Positions 41,037 through 53,000 of a stretch of 64,000 bases of DNA are shown here, in pieces. The stretch is from Paraspadella gotoi. Taxonomy: Eukaryota > Animalia > Chaetognatha. Position 1 is the stretch's first letter. Each line of letters begins with the position of its first letter. The stretch covers positions 5,557,452 through 5,621,451 of the forward strand of contig CM119270.1 in NCBI GenBank assembly GCA_051294375.1, written 5' to 3'. Below the pieces are notes generated by a model. It was given only the letters and a program-made list of their open reading frames with translations, ran no database searches and was not told the origin of the DNA. Position numbers and translations under genes: made by a program.

Positions 41037-44000
41037 AAAAGAGAGCAGATATCGAACTTTCGTAGCAGAATGATCAATAAATGATCGGAACGTCAATGAT
41101 GGATAAGCATAAAAGCTGTAAAAACTTCATAGACAACGACTGGCGACAAATAGCAACAAGGTCGCTGCTTTAAAAATTATAAAAACATAAAAAAAACATC
41201 ACAGTCAACAAGCGAAAAGAAAAGACAGAACAACAAACAAACAACATCAAGCAGCAGAAAGAGACGAACATCTGTACAACATATATACAACAACAACGAC
41301 AACAAATATAACTAACAAACGAACACACCTCAAGCAACTACCACACACAACAACAACTAACACACAAACAGACAACGACACAGCATCAGCAAAACAAGAG
41401 AACACGCATGTACAAAGCCTATAACAAACAACACAACGACAACAAACATTAACAATCCAAACAACCATCAGCAAACTACCTACAGACAACAACAGAACCC
41501 GAACAACAAACAACAACAAAACCAACAACGACAACAGCATTCAGCCAACAAAGAAGAGAACGACCTGTACATAAGCCTATACAACAACAACGACAGACAA
41601 AACATAACAAACAACAAACAACTCAGCGAACTACCACAAACGAACAACAACCGAACAACAGGACAACACAGCATACCAGCACAGCGCAATAACACCTCAC
41701 AAAACTAGAAGCACGACAACGAGAAAAAGTATAACAACAACAAACAACCTCAAGCGCAACTACCACAACAACAACAACAACAAGGACAAACCACCTGTTG
41801 ACGGGTAGTCCGACAGGCGTCGGTAAATAAAAGTCGGGTGGAAACAAGGACGGGATCTCCGATGTATCTGTTTGGAGAAGACGGGGACGGCGATGAGTAG
41901 GAGCAGGATGCAAGTGTACTTCCGGTTCAGGCGCGTCGACTGGGGGTGGAGAGGGGGGGGAGTTGAGGGTAAAGGGGGTTAAGGAGGCGTTGGGAGTGGG
42001 CAGATTTAGCGGGGTGAGGGGGTGGAGCAGGTGGAGCTAGTTATAGATATATACGTATACTTCTATATATTATTAGATAACGTAGGCATTCGATGTGGAA
42101 GAAAGACAATGAAAAGAAGAGCAAACAGAGACAGATATAGATAAGAAATATGAAGAAATAGTATAGAANNNNNNNNNNNNNNNNNNNNNNNNNTATCTAA
42201 CACAATATGGGAAGCGGTTTATTAAAAAATAAATTTTTACCAATTTATACTGCAAAAATGTTTGGCAAGCATTTCACATGACATTAATTAGTAGTTTGAA
42301 CTTATTAATTTGCATGATATTGTATAATACACATAAAAAAGTTTAAGACAATACAAATATCTTAATTTTAAACCACAGTAGATTATGATCTGAAAGATGT
42401 TGCCAAAGAATATTTTATTTTGAGTTATTATAATAAAATCTATTTGTTACGACTGTCTTGCTCGTGATCCAAAGACTTTTTGGCATATGACTACCCTAAT
42501 GGACTCCAAGTAGGCGTACGTCTTGCTGCGGAAGAGGGAGTTGTTGTCTTCGTCAACACAAACACATACGGTTGTCGACGTCCAACAAAGTAGCTGTTGT
42601 TAGAGGACGATGAGTAGTGAGAGAGAGAGAGACTGAGAGGATGGAGAGAGAAGAGGAGAGCAGAGAGGAGAGAGGAGAGAAGAGAGATGAGGAGAGGAGA
42701 GAAAGAAGAGAGAAGAGGAGCGAGAGAGAGGGAGTAGAGAGAGAGAGGAGAGAGATGAGATAGAAGCGCGAGAGAGAGGAGGTTCAAAAAGGCGGTTAGA
42801 GTAAATTATTGTCTTTGAAAAGATATTTTGTTAGACTTTGTTTACATTTTAAAAAACTTTATATTTAAATATGTTTTTTGTTTATATATCTTGTAACTTC
42901 TTGTCGGTAACTTAAGCTTTGATTACTGATTATTCGTCAACTCGCTGGAGCAAAAAAACCGCAAAACTCTGGTAGCAGTGACCTTTTTCCCTCTCGGGTA
43001 TTCATTTCTCAGAAAACTGTTTTTCTCGCTACAGTATTCATTTATAATCCCTGGGGAATAAATGCGATGGGAGGCGCTCAACGTCTTCGTCTTTGACTCT
43101 GTCCTCTCACCATTTTCTTCCTGTCGTCGTCGTCGTCGTCTCGTCATCATCTTTTCTTCTCGTCGCTTCGTCGTTGTCGTCGTCGTCGTCGATCCGTAAT
43201 CGTCGTCAGTAGCGACGAGCGATTCTTCAATTTAAATTGTTGTTCTTTTGTTGAACGCGGGCGAAGAAAGAAGATTTAATTACTTGGCAGACATAAAATG
43301 ATCGTTTGAAAATGGATACATGGTGATATTCAGTGTTGCTTCAATGTTATTTAAAAGTCTATATAATAAAATGATGGACAATGAAGCGATAAGCGTAAAA
43401 CGTAAAAACTATACACAACGACTGCGACAATAGCAACAGGTAGTGTTAAAAAATATAAAAAATAAAAAACATCACAGTCAACAACGAAAAGAAGAAGACA
43501 ACAACAAAACAGAACAACACAACAGCAGCAGAAAGAACGAACATCTGTACAACTATAACACAACAACGACAACAAATATAAACAAACAACACCCTCGCAA
43601 CTACCACAACACAACAACACACACAAACAACGACAACAGCATCAGCAAAGAAGAGAACACCTGTACAAGCCTATAACAACAAACAACGACAACAAACATT
43701 CAACAACAACAACATCAGCAATACACCACACACAACAACAACAACGACAACAGCATCAGCAAAAAACAAGACAAACGTAACAACAAACAACCCACAAACT
43801 AAAAACACACACAGGACAACCACTTGACGTAGTCGACATTGGCGTCGTGAAAAAAGTCGGCGGTGAAACAAAAGGACGGATCTCCGATGTATTGTTTGGG
43901 AGAGACGGGGACGGCGATGAGTAGGAGCAGCATGCAAGTGTACTTCCGGTTCAGGCGCGTCGACTGGGAGTAGGGGCGGAGGTGTGAGGGTAAGGGGTTA

Positions 44001-47000
44001 GGAGCGTTGGGGTGGGAATGTTAGGGGGTAGGGGTGAAGAGGTGGAGCTAGTTATTGGATATATAGATATATATATATATACGTAGGAATTGATTGGAGA
44101 AGAAATGAAAGAACACAGAGACAGATATAGATAGAATGAGATAGATAGATAGAAGTATAGATAGATAGAATAGATAGTGTAAGATAGATAGAATGAGTAG
44201 ATAGGTAATAGATAGTAGATAGATAAGATAGATTAGATAGATAATTGATGATTGATATAATCGATTTGCTGAGATAAGATAAATGAAAACTTACCTGGAT
44301 TAAAAGAGAGAAATGATACGCCACAAATAATAGTGTGCAAAGAAGAGATCAAGGACGGAAAAAATTAGCAACAAAAAAAAAAGCTCACAATAGAAAAATG
44401 CATTATTAAGGTTCTTTATCATTCTCCTTATACCTTGACATGTTTTAAAATACTCGATGCCTAATATAACCATGCACGCTTTCTACAGGATACACTAAAG
44501 ATCATCTTTACAATTCACATCGCAGATAACTGTAAGGCCGTCCCGCTTCCGGGGCAAAACCACGCCCACGCTCAACACTTCTAATTAAAACGAACGCTGC
44601 CATTCTTCCTTTGTTCCAAACAGATAGACTCATACTATTTAACACGATTTGACTGGCACAGAGATCACGTCGCATAAGCACTACCGAATGTCCGACGATA
44701 ATTAATCTAAACAACAAACTGTAGTAACTGTTCGTCTGATATACAAACTGGTAAAATATTTCTGAATCTCCGCTCACAACTATCTACAATCTCGGCACCG
44801 CTGACACTATCTGCCTCTCACACACAACGATGGATATCGACCTTGATCACTCGAGCAGGATGAAATGCTGGCAGGTCATAGTCACGCGGTCGCCATGGAT
44901 AACTCAACTCTATGTCTCGCTCGATAGAGACCATCTGGTGACCTCATGCCACTGTGACACGACACTCATCTACACCGTCGCGAACATCTTGCTTCGATCT
45001 GTATCTCTTATCTCTTCTGTCTATACTTCTCAAAAACCTAATATGACACACCCTAGGAGTACGTGGACGAGCCCAATTTCTCCAAGACTTTCTCGGGGAC
45101 GATCGTCGAACCCGCCGCCGGGAAATATCGTCGCGTTTTGGTCTCTTACTACAGGTGGAGGAAAAGAGAAGACTGGGGGTTAGGTGGTAGGGGGTGGTGG
45201 GTGGTCGGTGAAGGGTTGGAGGTGGGGTGTAGATAGAGGGAGAAAAGGGGTGAGAAAAAAGAGGAGCGGAGATGGTTGGAGGAAGAGAGATTTTTCTATT
45301 CATCTTTTGTATTTTCTTCTTGCTCTTTCTCTTTCTTTTCTCTGCTTTTTTCTTTGTCCATTCCTCTTTCTCATTTCTACCTATCTCACTTTTTCTTTCT
45401 CTTACTTTTCTCTCACACTTCCTACTCCTCCTTCCTGTCTCTCTCTCTCTCGCTTCCTTTCTATCTGTCTCACTTCTTCCTTATCTCACTTCGTATTTCT
45501 TTTTCGTTCCTCTCTCACTTCCTCCTTTTTTTCCTATATCACTTCCTCTTTTTCTTTCTTCTCCCTTCCTCCTTCCTCCCCTTCATTTTCGTCCTTCTTT
45601 CTCACTTCCTTCCTCACATCTTCTTCCTCCTCTCAAACCTCCACCAGATGGACGCCGGTCGTGCTTACCATCCAAGCTCTGCTGTTCCACGCCCCTTTCC
45701 TCATCTGGCATTCGATGGCGATCGGAGCCGGGATTCAAATCAAGTGCCTCATGTCTGCAGCCAAGCAAATTTCCAAGGTAATGCTTGCTTCGGCCTTATT
45801 GCTTTTATTTAATTTTAAAAGAGCTTGCAAACCTTTTTTTTGGACTGCGGTCGTGAAAACGGTGAGGATTTCTGTGGTGAACTTTTCGGAGCTCATAGCT
45901 TTCACAATATTGTGAACGGATCTCCGAGTTTTATTTTCTGTCTCGCTCTCTTCATTCAATTGATTCGACTTTTGCCATTTCCATCACTTCTACGCGTTGA
46001 TGCTTGCCTAATAAATTGCCTGATTACCTAACCGATTGGCTAATTAATTGCCCATCCTTGTACTGACATTGATTTATCTTAAGTCACTATGTCCCTTTTT
46101 TTCTAAATTGGCTAAGGTTATATTTATAGTAACTCGGTTTAGAGTAATTGTCGATGATTGATAATTCATTCATTTCATACGTCGGTCCTGAACGAACGAA
46201 ATTTTTTTTCATCTTCTCTCAATAAATGGTGATTTTCATGCATGACAACTTGAACAAATAGTCAAGGGACCCTGGAGACAAACACTACTGAGCGAATGAT
46301 TGACCTGGTAAGAGTTGGTGCTTACTGAATAGATGTTGGCCGGCTGCTTTTAATAAAACGATCTCACACAGGAAGTAGAGAACAATTTTATAAACAGAAA
46401 CTATTTTTAAGACATTACACCATAAAGGTCTTGCTTTTTTGAAAAGCTGGACACATTTTAGATTGTTTCATATCACAGTTAAACATTTGGATTTGCATAC
46501 TATTTAAATGAAACGATATGTATATAATAATTAAAATTTTTAAATATTTTGTTGCATGCAATTGCTAAATGAGATTTAAGTGAACTTTTGCTCGTTCTGT
46601 TCTTTTGTGCGGACCGTTACATTGAATGAAAAAAAAAACAACTATAGATTTTGTATTCCTTTCTGTTGCAACCCCAAAAACGCCAAATCTATTAGTTTAC
46701 CTGGCCGCATAGTCTGCACATAGCTTTGTATGGAATAAACGCATGGACGGGACCCAAGTTTTCTCCTCCAGAAATTGTTGAACCACTTGAACCCATGGCT
46801 CCATTGCTCCTTGCCCAAAAAAGCGCGTCAGGGCCGTTAAAGTTGCGAAGAGAATGTTGATCAGGTAGATACCTAGATTAAATTGTATTAGAATTTATAT
46901 TAGATTATTGTTGTGCAATATCGTAGGCTCTCAGATAGTCGAAAATTTCAAACTATTTTCATCGCCATTGTTTGTTATACTAAACCCTAAAAAGATTAAT

Positions 47001-50000
47001 GTGATAGCAATTTATTATTAACTTTTCGTTGTTTTTTTTTAATTGAAAGGTCTAATTTGACAACGACTTCCATGAACGATTCATCTTTAATCGTTGACAT
47101 ATTCATATACATCTCTTTACATACTCGATAAAATGTAAATTGCAGGAAGTCTGGTAATTTTGTCGATTTTCCCTTCTCCAAACCTCACCTTTGTCAAAAT
47201 TATAGAGGGAAAGAGGGTAATTGCCGAACTTCTCCGCGAGATCACTTCCTCGCGCGCGCGGACGGCAGTCGTTGGATTCTTCGCCAGCGTACGGTGTCCA
47301 TTTTTGTGACATGAAATGAATTTGAATTGGGACACGAAGTCGGCGACGATGGCGAAGCTCGGACGTATTCTCACCCTCGATATCTGAAAGAGTGAAGGAA
47401 TGAGGAATTCGATCGAGGAAAATGNNNNNNNNNNNNNNNNNNNNNNNNNCAACTACTTGTTAATATATTAAGTCGACTCTCCACAGACTACTATATAGTG
47501 TTAACGACATTAATTGATGGGTTTTAAAGTGCGGGCACTCCGATTAAGGTCCACTCCCGTGGGCATTCACTCAGAGAGCAGAAAGAAACGGTCATCAAGA
47601 ATCCGGACCCAGTTAAGGTCGAGGATCTGTTTTCCCGTCAGAACGAGCAGACTTATCCACATCATCGTTGGTTTGCAGGTTTGAACTCAAATTAGTTCAA
47701 GGGACCCTGGGACAACTACTATACGCAGAAGATTGTCCTGGTAAGTATGGTGCTTTACTGAAAGAGTTGGCCGGCTGCATTTTAATAAAAAACGACTCAC
47801 AAGGAAGTAGAGAACAATTTTTATAAACAGAAACTATTTCTCTAAGACATTACACATACAAGTCTTGCTGAAAAGCTGACACATTTAAGATTGTTTCATA
47901 TCAATCAAGTAAACATTTGGATTCTGATACTATTTTAAATTGAAAACGATATGTTTAATTAATTAAATATTTTTAAAATATTTTGTTGCACTGCAATATG
48001 TAAATGAGATTTAAGTGAACTTTTTGCTTCGTTCTGTTCTTTTGTCGACCGTTACATTGAATGAAAAAAAAACAACTATAGATTTTGTATTCCGTTCTGT
48101 TGCAACCCCAAAAACGCTAAATCTGTATTAGTTTACCTGGCCGCATAGTTCGGCACATAGTTTGTATGGAAAATCGCATGACGGGACCCAAGTATTTCTT
48201 CCTCCAGAAATTGTTGAACCACTTTTGAACCCATGGCTCCATTGCTCCTTGCCCACAAAATACGCGTCAGGGCCGTAAAGTTGGAAGAGAATGTTGCATC
48301 AGGTAGATGACCTAGATAGACATATTATTAGATTTATAGTAATTATTGTTGCAATATCGAGGCTCTCAGATAGTCGACAAAATTCGAAAAATATTTTCAT
48401 CCATTTGTTTGTTATACCTAACCCTAAAAAGATTAATGTGATAGCAATTTAATATTACTTTTAACGTTTTTTTTTTTTACATTGAAAGGTCTAAATTTGA
48501 CAACGACTTCCATGAAACGATTCATCCATTAATCGTTGACCAATCATATACATCTCTCCCTTACATTACTCCTGATAAAATGTAAATTGAAGGAAGATCT
48601 GGTATATTTTGTCGATTTTCCTTCCCAAACCTCACCTTGTCAAAATTATTAGGGAAGAGGGTAATTGCTCGAACTTCTCCCGCGCAGCGAGTTCTCTGCG
48701 CGCTGCGCGGACGGCAGTCGTTGGATTCTTCGCCAGGCGGTGTCGTATGTCCATGTTTGATCAGACGAATAGTTAATTAGGGACACAAGTCGGCGACGAT
48801 GGCGGAACGTCCGGACGTATTCCTCACCCTCGAATCTGAAAGGAGTGAAGGAAATGAGGATTCGATCGAGGGAGAGGTTGTGGTGCATGAAATCACATTA
48901 TGAGAGGAAGATGAAAAAAATTCGTCTGTTCAGACCGACATATGAGAGTGATGATTATCATCAGCGAATACTAAACCGAGCTTTATACCTCTCACCAAAT
49001 TTGTGAAAAAGGACATTGACTAAGTCCATGTAAAAGTATGACACTGGGCAACTTCTCAATCGTTAGTAACATGCACTTTTGGCAAGCATAAGGGAATTGC
49101 GTGATGAATGCAAAGTCATCATTGAATGAGAGAAGAAAAAATTTTAATCGAACGCACAATGTGAAGCTATATGGTCCAAAGCACAGAAATCTCACTTTTA
49201 GACCAGTAAAAAAAATTTTCGTTAAAAAAAGCATATGTCGCGCCTGAATGCTTGGCTGCAAGACATGAGGCACCTTGATTTGATCCCAGCTCCGATCGCA
49301 TCGATATTGCCAGATTTGAGGAAGGGTGCGTGGAAACAGAGAGCCTTGCGGATGGTAAGCACGACCGGCGTCCATCTAGGTGGAGGTATTGAGAGGGCAA
49401 GAAGTGTGAGAGAAGCAAGTGAGAAGAAGAAACGAAAATGAAAGGGAGAGGAAGGAAGGAGGAGAAGGAAGAAAAGAGGAATTGTATAGGAACAAAAGGG
49501 AAGTGAGAGAAATGGAACGAAAGGAAGAATCGATAGGTAAAGGAGGGAAGTGAGGACGCGAAAAAGAAAACGAAGGAGATAAGAAGAGGAGACAGATGGA
49601 AAGAAAGGTAGAGAATTGTGAGAGAAAAGTTAAGGCGGACAGAAAAGGGTCGAAGCGAGAAAAGTAAGAGTAAAAAAAAGTGAGTAGGTAGAATATAAAA
49701 GAGGAGGATGGACAAAGAAAAAAAAAGCAGAGAAAGCAAAGAGAAAGCGCAGAAGAAGAAATACCAAAAAGCTATAGATAGAAAATCTCTTTTTTTTATT
49801 CTCCAAACTCCCCCGCCTTCTCTTCTTTTTCTCACCCCTTCTCGCCCATCTACACCCCGCTTCAAACCCTTCACCACCCACCACCCGTAACCAACCTACC
49901 CCAGTCTTCTTCTTTCGCTGTCCACTGTAGTAGAGACCAAAACGCGGCGATCAGATATTTCCCGGCGGCGGCGTTCGACGATCTACCCGCAGAAGTCTGG

Positions 50001-53000
50001 GGAAATGGGCTCTCGCCACGTACTCCTAGGGTCTGTTCGTAGATTATTACAGTGTACTAGTGTTTATTATTTATCTAACACAATATGGGTAGGGTTTAAA
50101 AAATAAATTTTTACCATTTTATACTCAAAATTGTTTGGCAAGCTTTCCATACCCATTAATTAGTAGTTTTTGACTTATAATTTGATGAATTGTATAATAA
50201 ATAAAAGTTTAAGACAATAAATATCTTAATTTTAAACCACAGTTGTTCATGATCTGTAAAATGTTGCAAAAATATTTTGAATTTTGAGTTATTATAATAA
50301 AATCTATTTGTTAGAATGTTCTTTCGTGATTCCAAAGACTTTTTGGCATATGACTACCCTAAGGACTCCAAGTAGGCGTAGTCTTGCTGCGGAAGGAGTT
50401 GTTGTCTTCGTCAACCAAACACATACGAGTTGTCGGACGTCCACAGTAGCTGTGTTAGAGGCGAGAGTAGTGAGAGAGAGAGAGACGAGAGGATGGAGAG
50501 AGAAGAGGAGAGAGAGAGGAGAGAGGAGAGAAGAGAGATGGAGGAGAGGAGAGAAGAGAAGAGAGAAAGAGGAGACGAGAGAGAGGGAGACGAGAGAGAG
50601 AGAGAGAGAGAGAGATAAAGGGAGAGAAGGAGGTTCAAAACAGGCGGTTAGAGTAAATTATTGTCTTTGAAAGATATTTTGTTGACTTTGTTTACATTTT
50701 AAAAAACTTTATATTTAAATATGTTTTTGTTTATATATCTTGTAACTTCTATGTCGGTAACTTAAGCTTTGATTACTGTTATTCGTCAACTCGCTGGATG
50801 CAAAAAAACGCAAAACTTGGTGAGTGACCTTTTTCCCTCTGCGGGTATTCATTTCTCAGAAAACTGTTTTTCTCGTAAGTATTATTGTAAATCCCTGGGG
50901 AATAAATGCGATGGGAGGCGTCGGCTGAACCTTCTCTTCGTCGTCGTCGTTCTCGTCATCATCTTTCTTCTTCGTCGTCGTCGTTGTCGTCGTCGTCTGT
51001 CGATCCGTATCGTCGTCAGTAGCGACGAGCGATTCTTCAATTTAAATTGTTGTTACTTTTGTTGAACGCGGGCGAAGAAGAAGATTTAATTATTGGCAGA
51101 CATAAAATGATTCGTTTTTGAAATGGATTTTACCATGGTGATATTCAGTGTTTCTTGCAATGTGTATTTAAAAGTCTATATAATAATAATGCATGGACAA
51201 TGAAGCGATTAAGCGTTAAAAACGTAAAAACGTATACGACAACCGACTGCGACAATAGCAACAGGTGTGCTTAAAAATATAAAAACCATAAAAAACATCA
51301 CAGTCAACAACGAAAAGAAGAAGACAACAACAAAACAGAACAAACATCAACAGCAGCAGAAAGAGGGACGAACACTGTACAACTATAACACAACAACGAC
51401 AACAAATATACTAACAAACGAACACCCTCGCAACTACCACACACCACAACAACACACACAAACAACCGACACAGCTCAGCAAAAGCAAGAGAACACCTGT
51501 ACCAAGCCTATAACAACAAAACAACGACAACAAACATTCAACAACCAACAACATCAGCAATACACCACACACAACAACAACACGACAACAGCTCAGCAAA
51601 AAACAACGACCAAACGTAAGCACAACAAACAACCTCATCAAACTACCAAACACACACACAGGACACTACCAACTAGGTGACGTAGTCGACATTTGGCGTC
51701 CGCCTGAAAGTCGGCGGTGAAACAATAGGACGGATCTCCGAACTTGTATTGTTTGGGAGGACGGGACGGCGATGCAGTAGGAGGCAGCGATGCCAAGTGT
51801 ACTTTCCGGTTCAGGCAGGTCGACTGGGGAGTAGGGGCGGAGGCTGTGAGGGGTAAAGGTGGTTAGGAGTCTGTTGGGCGTGGGAAATGTTAGGGGGTAG
51901 GGGTGAAGAGGTGGAGCTAGTTATTGATTATAGGATATATATTATACTAGGAATTGATTGGAGAAGAATGAAAGAACCACAGGACAGATATAGTGATAGA
52001 ATGAGCATAGATAGATAGTAGTTATAGATAGATAGACATAGATTTAGTGCTAAGCATAGATAGAATGAGTAGACTAGGTAATAGTAGTACGATAGATAAC
52101 GATGATTGATAGATAATTGATGATTGATATAAAATCATCGAGATAGACAAATGAATTCCCGTTCTAAAAGAGGAGGAAATGAGATACGCCACAAATATAG
52201 TGGCAAGAACGAGATCAAGGACGAAAAAATTAGCGAAACAAAAAAAAAAGCTCACAATAGAAAAATGCATTATTAAGGTTCTTTATCATTCTCCTTATAC
52301 CTTGACATGTTTTAAAATACTCGATGCCTAATATAACCATGCACGCTTTCTACAGGATACACTAAAGATCATCTTTACAATTCACATCGCAGATAACTGT
52401 AAGGCCGTCCCGCTTCCGGGGCAAAACCACGCCCACGCTCAACACTTCTAATTAAAACGAACGCTGCCATTCTTCCTTTGTTCCAAACAGATAGACTCAT
52501 ACTATTTAACACGATTTGACTGGCACAGAGATCACGTCGCATAAGCACTACCGAATGTCCGACGATAATTAATCTAAACAACAAACTGTAGTAACTGTTC
52601 GTCTGATATACAAACTGGTAAAATATTTCTGAATCTCCGCTCACAACTATCTACAATCTCGGCACCGCTGACACTATCTGCCTCTCACACACAACGATGG
52701 ATATCGACCTTGATCACTCGAGCAGGATGAAATGCTGGCAGGTCATAGTCACGCGGTCGCCATGGATAACTCAACTCTATGTCTCGCTCGATAGAGACCA
52801 TCTGGTGACCTCATGCCACTGTGACACGACACTCATCTACACCGTCGCGAACATCTTGCTTCGATCTGTATCTCTTATCTCTTCTGTCTATACTTCTCAT
52901 TTTCTTTATTTTCCTGTCAGATACCTTGATGTGTTATGTAATTTCGACGAACACAGGAAAAGATAGATAAGGCTGAAGAGAGACAAAGAACGGAGAAACA

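Larger units (their letters stand above)
42194..52899. repeat. Complex direct and inverted duplications: 42194-45032 ~ 50073-52899 (direct); 45040-46240 ~ 48885-50040 (inverted); 46245-47420 ~ 47680-48870 (direct)
   Basis: Visual alignment. ORFs 44508-44777 and 52375-52644 are identical at offset 7867. Confidence 0.85.

Noticed and set aside
41795-51823. Innexin gene-family expansion or cluster of pseudogenes
   Set aside because: Copies share intron sequence and differ by random 1-nt indels next to 25-N gaps, which is better explained by redundant noisy assembly of one gene.
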